DNA from: an uncultured Phycisphaeraceae bacterium
GTDB lineage: Bacteria > Planctomycetota > Phycisphaerae > Phycisphaerales > UBA1924
Reading direction: 5' to 3'
DNA: 64,000 nucleotides
Assembly (NCBI GenBank): GCA_964410465.1
Contig: CAYPGJ010000005.1
Location: 17,275 to 81,274, forward strand
The position numbers were made by a program, and so were the translations under genes. Of this stretch, positions 57,042 to 64,000 are shown in pieces (position 1 is the stretch's first letter; each line of letters opens with the position of its first letter). Under the pieces are notes generated by a model. It was not told where the DNA came from and did not search any database. It saw only the letters and a program-made list of their open reading frames with translations.

Positions 57042-57265
57042 CGGCGCACCCTTCCGTGTCACGACTGCTCACCCGCGTCCCAGCGACCGTACTTGCCGCG
57101 GCAAACACACGCGCTCGCTTTGACGCTCTCGCTTCGCGGACTTCCGTGTCCCGCACTACATACAACCAGTATCCGACTCGGCGCGACTCAGGTCAACGCC
57201 GAACGCGCGCACACGCGCGCAGATTCCGTGTTGGCGCGCAGCGCGCACACGGAGGACATTTCGGT

Positions 57266-57592
57266 TCAGTAGGACCGACCCCAGCGCGACCAGATGGCTG
57301 GCAGACGCCAATACTCCGGGTCTCGCGCGTAAGTTGGCCACGTTACGCCAACGAGTCGTGAATCTCCGCCGGCTGAAACCTGCTCGTCGTTGCGCGCGTA
57401 TTCCCACGCTTCCCAAAGCGGACGTCGCGCATCGTCCGTGACGAGCGCGGGCGAAAAAATCAGCGAGCTGCCTGCGCTGGCGCGCGTGGGGGTGTCGTGG
57501 AGCGTGACGCGGTCGGACGCGCACGCCGCGAGCGCGATGGGCGCGACTGCGCAAAGCACGCACGTTTTGAATCGTCTCCCGCTCTCTCGCAT
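57266..57592 (-). CDS. Small lipoprotein, unknown function
   Basis: Begins MRESGRRFKTCVLCAVAPIALAAC with a lipobox. ATG at 57592. Confidence 0.4.
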   Translation of the reverse strand: MRESGRRFKTCVLCAVAPIALAACASDRVTLHDTPTRASAGSSLIFSPALVTDDARRPLWEAWEYARNDEQVSAGGDSRLVGVTWPTYARDPEYWRLPAIWSRWGRSY

Positions 57593-57750
57593 GTCTCTCA
57601 CCGCGTACACGCCGAAACAAAGCCCGTGCCGAGGGCTGTTCCGTGCCCGTACGCCCGGAGAGGCGGTCCCTCGCCTGTCCGTGTGTTGCGCGTGGTCAAC
57701 ACGAGTGTGTCGCGAACGCAACATGTTCGCGTTCCAGACCGACTGTCGAA

Positions 57751-58164
57751 TGCGCCCGAGAGGACTCGAACCTCTGACCTGCGGTTTCAGCCACCCGCCG
57801 ATTCCTCGACGGACCGGACCATCTCTTCGTCCGTGCCGCAGACGCTGACGCGTCGTTGTGCAGGACGCCGGGCGCTTCGGAGGACGCGTCGCTCTGGACG
57901 CGGGGCCTCCTACGCGGGGGTATCGCCGGGGCGGCTCACCCGCTGGTCTCTACACCTTCCGACGGCAGTGGGATTGGGACCCACGCCCCGCCGTCGGCTC
58001 GGCTCGGGATCGCCCCGCACGCGTTGATGGCGTGCGTCGGGGTTCCCCGAATTCACCCGGTTCGCCACGACCCGTCACCGGGCCGGGCCCCTCTTCTTCT
58101 CGCCGGCTCGCGCCGGCGGGGATCCAAAGGAAACCGCCGCTCTATCCAGCTGAGCTACGAGCGC
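57751..58164 (-). tRNA. tRNA-Arg(CCU) gene interrupted by an intron in the anticodon loop
   Basis: Exon 1 (58164-58128) is GCGCUCGUAGCUCAGCUGGAUAGAGCGGCGGUUUCCU. Exon 2 (57787-57751) is AAACCGCAGGUCAGAGGUUCGAGUCCUCUCGGGCGCA. Joined, they give a canonical 74-nt cloverleaf with a 7-bp acceptor, GCUC/GAGC D-stem, GCGGU/ACCGC anticodon stem, AGAGG/CCUCU T-stem and UUCGAGU T-loop. Acceptor and D-arm are almost identical to E. coli tRNA-Arg(CCG) as recalled. No CCA is encoded. Confidence 0.85.
57788..58127 (-). other. Group I (IC3-like) intron within tRNA-Arg(CCU)
   Basis: 340 nt with no ORF. The 5' exon ends in U and the intron ends in G. It contains GAAUUCGGGGAACCCC and GGAAGGUGUAGAGACCAGCGGG, closely resembling the AAAUUCGGCGAAACC and GAAGGUGUAGAGACUAGACGG core of the Azoarcus tRNA-Ile IC3 intron as I recall it. 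Confidence 0.7.
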
Positions 58165-58275
58165 TCGAACCGTGGGCATCCTATCCGCTCCGTACGCGGC
58201 ACGTTCCTCGGCGAGTCGTCGCGTGGTGTTCTCCCCACCGCGGTCTCCCCCCTACTACAGTCTCCCCCGACCCTC

Positions 58276-61200
58276 ATGCCTCGCCCCGCACGACGAGCCT
58301 CGCGACCCTTCTCCCACAAGCGGCTGCGCCTGGCCATTCTTTCGCTTGCTCTTCTGGCGTCCCTGATCCTGTTCCTCCAGCTCACGCTGCTTCCGACGCT
58401 GCTGCGCGGGCCGCTCGAGCACGCGCTGGGGGGCTCGGTGCGCATCACGCGGGTCTCGTTCTCGCCGGCGCCGGCGGTGATCGTCCACAACCCGCGGGTC
58501 ATCGCGCCCGGCATCCCCAGTGACGCGTCGCGCATTCTTCGCGCGGACGCGGTGCGCATCGAGCTTGACGGGTCCGATCTCCTTCACGGGCGGCTGACGC
58601 CGACGCGCATCGTGCTGGAGGCGCCGATCCTGCGGATTTCGCAGCACGCCCAGACGGGCGCGATCAATCTCGCCTCGCTCTCGCCGCATGCCCCCGCGCC
58701 CGCGGCGGCGTCCGGGACGTCGGCGCGGATCCCCGCGATCGAGATTCATGGCGGGGCGATCGAGCTCGCGGAGCACTCGGATCAGCCCCACTACGAGCCG
58801 TTCCTGACGCTTCCGATCGAGGGGGTCGCCACGCCGGACCCGAACAACCCTGCCCGGTGCGCGTTCACGCTGCGCTCTCGTCCCCGGCACGCCCCGCCGT
58901 CGGCGGCGGCGGCGACGATCGCGGGGTTTTTCGATGCGTCCTCGCTTTCGGCGGAGCTTGCGCTGTCCGACCTGACCTTTGACGACTTCGCCGACCTGTG
59001 GACCGCGGAGCGAACGTCCGCGCTGTGGTCGCAGCTGGACATCGCGGGGCGGATTCCGACGGCGACGCTCTCCTATGCGCCCGAAACGGGCCCTGTGGCC
59101 ACCTTCGTCCTCGAGCGCGTGGGAATCAATCTTCCGGTTCCCGAGCAGACGCAGGGCGTCTCCACGCCCGCGGATCTGGGATCGATCACGGCGGACACGT
59201 CGGTCGCGACGGCGCCGGCGCGGCTGCTTCGGATGAACAACGTTTCGGGGCAGATCTCGGTGGTCGGCGAGTCGCTGCGGGCCGACCTGGTGGGCTCGAT
59301 CGAGGACGTGCGGTGTCGCGCGCTGCTTTCGACCAAGGCGCTGTCGTTCAACGCGCCGTTCCGGCTCGACCTGTCGACGGCGGAGCCGTTCTCGCTGCGT
59401 CAGCGCGCGGCGATCCTGCCGTTTGCGCCGCCGATCGTGCGCGAGCGGCTCCGGACGTTTTCCGGCCCGACCGCCGTGGTCGATGCGCAGGTGCTGATCA
59501 CGCGCGGCGAGCCGCCGGCGGGCGTCGCTGCGGCGCCGCTGGCGTATTCGGGGCTGCTGACGTTCCGGGACGGGCGCGCCGCGTTCGAGGACTTCCCGTA
59601 CCCGTTCTCGAAGCTGTCCGGGGTGGTTCGGTTCAACGACGCGGAGATCCGGATCGAGAAGATCACGGGCGTGCATCCGTCCGGCGCCAAGCTGCTGGCC
59701 GAGGGGCGGATCGCTCCGCCGACGGATGACGCGGAGGTTGATCTGCGGATCACGGCCGTGGACGTCCCGCTCGACGCGGAGTTCGCGTCGTGCCTGCCGA
59801 TCTACGCGCAGCCGCTGATCGACACGGTGTTCGACACGGAGGCGCTCGATCAGCTGCGGGCGTTGAACCTGCTCCCGTCGGGCTCGGGGTTTGCGCTCGC
59901 AGGCCGGGCCGATCTCGACATTCACGTGATCCGTCCGCTGGGCGTCGACACGGAGTGGACGTCGGACATCCTTCTGCGGACCGAGCGCGCCGGGGTGCTT
60001 GTGCGGGCGTTTCCGCTGCCGGCGATCGCGGAGGACGTCTCGTTGTCGATCCGTGACAACCGCGCGACGCTCTCGGCGCCGGTGATGCGTCCGCTGGCGG
60101 GCGGGACGGCGGCGCTCAACGCGTCGATTCTCTTTTCGTCGGATCCTTCGCAGCCTCCCGTGCAGCCCACCATCACGATCGCGGCTCGCGAGGTTCCGCT
60201 GGACGGCTTGCTCCTGCACGCCGTGGACGCCTCTTCCGGCGGCGCGCCCGGCGCGAGCTCGCCGACGGCCATACTTCGCCGCCTCAACCTCGAGGGTCTC
60301 CTCGACGCGGACGCGTCCATCACTCCGGATCAGACGGCTCCCGAGGGCGTTCAGTACGACATCGCGCTTGAGTTTCGCGCACTCGCCTCACGCCCCGCGG
60401 CGTTCGCCGGGGCGGGCGCGTGCACGCTGGCGGATATCGCGGGCTCGGCGCGGCTCACGCCGCTCCGGTTCTCCGTTCCGCGTCTCGAGGGACGGATCCT
60501 GGCGCCGGACGCGCGTGACGCGGGCCGGTTCTCGGTTTCGCTGACGTCCGAGCGCGCTCGGCACACGGACACAGAGCGGGAGTTCTTGGCGGAGATCATC
60601 GCGACGAACGTCGAGCTCGGCGCCCCGCTCGAATCGGTCCTCGCCGCGGTGGCGCCCGAGGAAGCGTCGAGAGCGCTGGACCTCCGCGCAGCTCGCGATC
60701 CGAGGGGTCGCGTCGATGCGTCGATCTCGCTCCGGTCCGCCCCGGACAAGCAGGGCGTGGCCGTCTCGGCGCGTCTTTCGGCCGCGCGAGAGCTGTCGTT
60801 TCTCACGCCGGTGGGACGGATCGCGGCGACGTCAGCGAAGGGCGGCGCGGTGATTGACGACGCGGCGGTGCGGTTCGACGGGCTGGGCGGGACGCTCGCG
60901 CTGGACAGCGCGCCGCTCGGTGACATCACGCTGCACGGAGCCCTTTCGATTCAGCCGTCGGAGCCCTCGGATCTTGCCCTGTCGTTCTCTTCGCAAGCCC
61001 TGCCGCCCGCCACGTTGCACAGGCTGATCGATGCGTTTGCGGAGGAGCCGGTTGAGCTCGCGGGGCTGCGGCTCGGCGCGTCGTTCGACCTGAACGCGTC
61101 GGTGACGAGGGCGACGCGATCCGGCTCCTTCAGCGCGGACGTCGTGGTGAAGCCTCGGTCGATCACCGTCGAGACGGCCGACCATTCGACGATCCACTTC

Positions 61201-62469
61201 CCGGCCGCGTCTGGCGCGCTCACCTCGCGCGCCGGCGCGCTCGCGTTCGACCAGCTCTCCGTCCGATCGCCGGAGCTGTCCGTGACGGTGCAGGGCGTCG
61301 TCGACCCGGTGTCCGGCCCGGACCTCCGGTTCACGGCGAGCGCGCCGAACCTCTCGGCGCCGCTGCTCGCGCTCCTTCCCCCGAACGTTCGGACCGCGCT
61401 CGCGGGCATCGAGCTTTCGATCAGCGGGCCCATCACGGTCACGGAGGCGCGCCTGACGGGGTCGTTGCCCTCGCCGGATTCGCCGCTGGTCTTCACGGCC
61501 GACGCGGAGTTTGCGGACGCATCGGCCGAGGTCGGCCTGACGCTGTCCGAGGCTCATGGGGTCCTGCACCTCGACGCCGCGCCCCCGCTCGCCGACATCC
61601 GAGTGGACGTGCGCACGATGTCCGTTTCGGGTCTGTCGCTCGAGAACGCGACGGCCGTGCTTCACATCGATTCGACGTCCCACAGCGTGCTCGTCGATCA
61701 GGCGCGCGCCGATTGCCATGCCGGGCAGATCGCCGCGGAGGTGAGCATCTACCCTTCGGCCGCCGGGGAGCCGGAGTCGCCGGTGCGATATGACGCGGGC
61801 ATCTCGTTGTACGGCGTCGCGTTCGGTCCGGCGCTGGCGGAGATCCGACAGCGATGGAACGCCCCGGACGCCCCGGACGCCCCGGACGCCCCGGGCACGG
61901 CGCCGACAGGAACGACCACGACGGAGGCGCGGGCCGTGTCGAGCGCCAACGCTGCGGGTGACCGGGGTCTTCTCGACGCGCAGCTCTCGCTGAGCGGGAG
62001 TCTCGCGGACCCATCGTCGCGCGTGGGCCGCGGTTCGATCCGAGTCTCACAAGGGCGCATCGTTTCGCTTCCGCTTCTGAACCGGCTGATCGAGCTCTCG
62101 AACCTTTCGCTGCCGTTCAACTCACCGCTCGACAGCGCGTACGCCCGGTTCTTCCTGCGAGGGCGGCGGGTCACGTTCGAGCGCCTGAGCCTGTCCTCGG
62201 ACGCTGTGACGCTCGTGGGGCAGGGCAACCTGACCTATCCGGACATGAACCTCGACCTGCGGTTTACGTCGCGCGGCAATCTCCGCATCCCCCTGATCTC
62301 CGACCTTCTCGAGGCCATCCGCAACGAGATCATCACCACGACGGTCACCGGTCCGCTCGCGTCCCCGGACGTGTCTCCGGCCGCGTTCACGGGCACGCGG
62401 GACCTGCTCGACGACCTCTTCTCTGAGCCGTCCCCGCCCGAAGCGCCTACCCTCCGCCCCGACCGATGA
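58276..62469 (+). CDS. Large AsmA/TamB/YhdP-like membrane-anchored protein
   Basis: ~1397 aa from MPRPARRASRPFSHKRLRLAILSLALLASLILFL (ATG at 58276, N-terminal TM). It is long and beta-rich, with an AsmA-like C-terminal region (FFLRGRRVTFERLSLSSDAVTLVGQGNL). The listed start at 57856 would run through the tRNA gene. Confidence 0.75.
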   Translation: MPRPARRASRPFSHKRLRLAILSLALLASLILFLQLTLLPTLLRGPLEHALGGSVRITRVSFSPAPAVIVHNPRVIAPGIPSDASRILRADAVRIELDGSDLLHGRLTPTRIVLEAPILRISQHAQTGAINLASLSPHAPAPAAASGTSARIPAIEIHGGAIELAEHSDQPHYEPFLTLPIEGVATPDPNNPARCAFTLRSRPRHAPPSAAAATIAGFFDASSLSAELALSDLTFDDFADLWTAERTSALWSQLDIAGRIPTATLSYAPETGPVATFVLERVGINLPVPEQTQGVSTPADLGSITADTSVATAPARLLRMNNVSGQISVVGESLRADLVGSIEDVRCRALLSTKALSFNAPFRLDLSTAEPFSLRQRAAILPFAPPIVRERLRTFSGPTAVVDAQVLITRGEPPAGVAAAPLAYSGLLTFRDGRAAFEDFPYPFSKLSGVVRFNDAEIRIEKITGVHPSGAKLLAEGRIAPPTDDAEVDLRITAVDVPLDAEFASCLPIYAQPLIDTVFDTEALDQLRALNLLPSGSGFALAGRADLDIHVIRPLGVDTEWTSDILLRTERAGVLVRAFPLPAIAEDVSLSIRDNRATLSAPVMRPLAGGTAALNASILFSSDPSQPPVQPTITIAAREVPLDGLLLHAVDASSGGAPGASSPTAILRRLNLEGLLDADASITPDQTAPEGVQYDIALEFRALASRPAAFAGAGACTLADIAGSARLTPLRFSVPRLEGRILAPDARDAGRFSVSLTSERARHTDTEREFLAEIIATNVELGAPLESVLAAVAPEEASRALDLRAARDPRGRVDASISLRSAPDKQGVAVSARLSAARELSFLTPVGRIAATSAKGGAVIDDAAVRFDGLGGTLALDSAPLGDITLHGALSIQPSEPSDLALSFSSQALPPATLHRLIDAFAEEPVELAGLRLGASFDLNASVTRATRSGSFSADVVVKPRSITVETADHSTIHFPAASGALTSRAGALAFDQLSVRSPELSVTVQGVVDPVSGPDLRFTASAPNLSAPLLALLPPNVRTALAGIELSISGPITVTEARLTGSLPSPDSPLVFTADAEFADASAEVGLTLSEAHGVLHLDAAPPLADIRVDVRTMSVSGLSLENATAVLHIDSTSHSVLVDQARADCHAGQIAAEVSIYPSAAGEPESPVRYDAGISLYGVAFGPALAEIRQRWNAPDAPDAPDAPGTAPTGTTTTEARAVSSANAAGDRGLLDAQLSLSGSLADPSSRVGRGSIRVSQGRIVSLPLLNRLIELSNLSLPFNSPLDSAYARFFLRGRRVTFERLSLSSDAVTLVGQGNLTYPDMNLDLRFTSRGNLRIPLISDLLEAIRNEIITTTVTGPLASPDVSPAAFTGTRDLLDDLFSEPSPPEAPTLRPDR

Positions 62470-63554
62470 CCGATAGATCCCCTGGAGGCAGCGTCACACG
62501 CATGCACGATCGTCCCGCCAACCCCGCGCCCTTTCCGGAAGAGTCGATTCTTGCGCGCCTCGACGATCTCGTCGAGTATGCCGGCGCCGACCCGGCTTCC
62601 ACGAACGGGCGGCTCGTGCGCGACCTCCTCGTGACCGCGCTCAAGCTCGTGCGGGACGGGAGGGACACCGGCGAGTTGAAGCTCCTCACCTCCTCGCTCA
62701 AAGAGCTTCGCCACGCGTACCGGGTGTTCGCGCCGTACGCGCAGGTGCGGAAGATCTCGATCTTCGGCTCGGCGCGCACGCCGAGGGACCACCCTGACTA
62801 CGTCGCGGCGGTGGAGTTCTCGCGGATGATGGCCGCGCTGAAGTGGTTGGTGATCACGGGCGCCGGCGGTGGCATCATGCAGGCGGGGCACGAGGGGCCG
62901 GGGCGTGAGGCGTCGTTCGGGCTGGCGATCCATCTGCCGTTCGAGACGTCGGCGAACGAGGTCATCAAGGGGGACAGCAAGCTGATCAACTTCCGCTACT
63001 TCTTCACGCGGAAGGTGATGTTCATGGCGCACGCGGACGCGGTGGCCGTGTTCCCCGGCGGGTTCGGGACGATGGACGAGGCGTTCGAGGTGCTGACGCT
63101 CGTGCAGACGGGGAAGGCGACGCCGAAGCCCGTGGTGTTCATCGAGGGGCACGGCGGGGACTACTGGCGCCACTGGGAGAACAGCATCCGTCGGCTGCTG
63201 ATGGATCGGGGGCTGATCTCTCCGGAGGACCGGAATCTGTTCTACATCGCGGACGACGCGGCGGACGCCGCGAATCACGTGAAGCACTTCTATCGGAATT
63301 ACAACTCGTCGCGCTACGTGCGGGATGACCTGGTGATCCGGCTGAATCACCCGCTGCGCGACGAGGACGTGGCGCATCTGAATGAGGAATTCGGGTCGCT
63401 GATCAAAGCGGGAGCGATCGTGCAGCGCGGGGCGCTGGAGATGGAGACGGAGCGTCTGGAGCTGCCCAGGCTGGTGTTCCACCACGCGCGGGCGAAGTAC
63501 GGGCTGCTGAGGCTGATGATCGACCGGATCAACTCGTTTGAGCCGGTGGGGTAA
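62466..63554 (+). CDS. LOG family protein (PpnN/YgdH-like long form)
   Basis: Contains GAGGGIMQAGHEG and PGGFGTMDEAFE. The ATG overlaps the upstream stop (ATGA). Confidence 0.8.
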   Translation: MTDRSPGGSVTRMHDRPANPAPFPEESILARLDDLVEYAGADPASTNGRLVRDLLVTALKLVRDGRDTGELKLLTSSLKELRHAYRVFAPYAQVRKISIFGSARTPRDHPDYVAAVEFSRMMAALKWLVITGAGGGIMQAGHEGPGREASFGLAIHLPFETSANEVIKGDSKLINFRYFFTRKVMFMAHADAVAVFPGGFGTMDEAFEVLTLVQTGKATPKPVVFIEGHGGDYWRHWENSIRRLLMDRGLISPEDRNLFYIADDAADAANHVKHFYRNYNSSRYVRDDLVIRLNHPLRDEDVAHLNEEFGSLIKAGAIVQRGALEMETERLELPRLVFHHARAKYGLLRLMIDRINSFEPVG

Positions 63555-63671
63555 ACGGCGCTCGGACAAACCCGCCCTCTGGCTCGGCGCGCGGGGCAAC
63601 CCGGCCCTGGCGATCCATTTCTGAGGTCCCGTGGAACACCCCCCGCTGTGCCGGGGGTATCTTCATCCGGC

Positions 63672-64000
63672 TTGCGCCTCTCCCCGACCATCCTGCTGGT
63701 GGCTCTGTTCATGCTCCCGAGCGCGTGCCGGGGCCCGGAGACGATTGCGCCGATGGACCCCGACGCGGTGTATCGCGCGGAGCCCATCATCCGCCCCGCG
63801 GACTTCGTCTCACCCTCCATTCGGGGCGGGCAGGACGGTCTGGAGGTCATCACGCTCGTCCTGCGTGACACTCAGCCGGAATTGCTCGATGTGCTGGCGC
63901 CGTACCTCGACCTTCCGCTTCCGATCTCGCCGGATGTTGCTCAGCGGTTGCAGACGCAGGGGCTGCGGATGGTCCGTGTCCCGCTGTCGGATCTAGCCGG
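63672..64000 (+). CDS. Putative lipoprotein (partial, runs off right edge; start uncertain, TTG 63672 or GTG 63648)
   Basis: Not in the ORF track. My translation of the frame containing ATG 63711 gives (L)RLSPTILLVALFMLPSACRGPETIAPMDPDAVYRAEPIIRPADFVSPSIRGGQDGLEVITLVLRDTQPELLDVLAPYLDLPLPISPDVAQRLQTQGLRMVRVPLSDLA. This has a lipobox, high third-position G/C and no stop before the window end. Confidence 0.45.
   Translation, partial: MRLSPTILLVALFMLPSACRGPETIAPMDPDAVYRAEPIIRPADFVSPSIRGGQDGLEVITLVLRDTQPELLDVLAPYLDLPLPISPDVAQRLQTQGLRMVRVPLSDLA

Noticed and set aside
57751-58164. An alternative splice junction giving tRNA-Gln(CUG), with the intron inserted after U33 and also ending in G.
   Set aside because: This junction allows a tidier P1-like pairing (GGUUU with GGAUC). 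However, the acceptor stem, D-arm (A20 context) and A73 are Arg-like, and C35 is required for Arg identity. The CCU junction also keeps U at the 5' splice site and a terminal G. It is kept as a caveat because I could not fold P1/P10 reliably by eye.
57856-58275. The listed 1537-aa ORF starting at 57856 as the true start of the AsmA-like gene.
   Set aside because: The first 140 codons run antisense through the tRNA-Arg exons and group I intron and are Arg/Gly/Pro-rich. A Met at 58276 is followed directly by a basic stretch and a TM helix, the expected N-terminus of an AsmA-type protein.
63631-63996. Listed 121-aa ORF (MEHPPLCRGYLHPACASPRP...).
   Set aside because: It is Arg/Cys/Ser-rich with a non-protein-like composition. 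A different frame over the same DNA gives a lipobox signal peptide, a well-behaved sequence and high third-position G/C, so that frame was called instead at modest confidence.

Overview
This is a high-G+C bacterial chromosomal fragment. The gene content suggests a Planctomycetota/PVC-like organism: several prepilin-type N-terminal-methylation proteins, a CxxCH plus FG-GAP/VCBS protein, a DUF11-type surface lipoprotein and an orphan mraZ. That taxonomic placement is inference only.

About 60 protein genes can be supported, mostly housekeeping. They include a PilZ-gspE-gspF-pseudopilin operon, scoA/scoB, mprF, hppD, ogt, truD, rpsL-rpsG, mraZ, tpiA-secG, leuS, folC, thiC, msrA, apaG, mscL, mscS, fbaB, HU/IHF, a giant AsmA/TamB-like protein and two LOG-family paralogues. 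Many long ORFs in the supplied track are opposite-strand or alternate-frame shadows typical of high-GC DNA and were not called. Several real genes start well inside the listed ORFs.

Features found by reading the DNA rather than the ORF track:
1. A TPP riboswitch (~31600-31682) abuts the start codon of a DinB-family gene that sits upstream of thiC.
2. A tRNA-Arg(CCU) gene (57751-58164, minus strand) is interrupted by a ~340-nt group I-like intron.
3. A visibly lower-G+C ~2.5-kb island (34190-36633, minus strand) carries a retron-type reverse transcriptase. It also carries a ~190-nt structured msr/msd-like ncRNA bracketed by a 15-nt inverted repeat, and two upstream accessory ORFs (one HEPN/UPF0332-like, one unknown with a possible wHTH). 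This is the best candidate for an undescribed defence-type system.
4. A ~2.5-copy tandem repeat of ~220-240 bp containing a palindromic element lies next to that island.
5. A lower-G+C cluster encodes a MauE-like protein, a pseudopilin and a 16-Cys secreted protein.
6. A single-gene lower-G+C island encodes a PD-(D/E)xK-like protein.

No CRISPR array, rRNA or transposase was seen. G+C statements are by eye, not computed.
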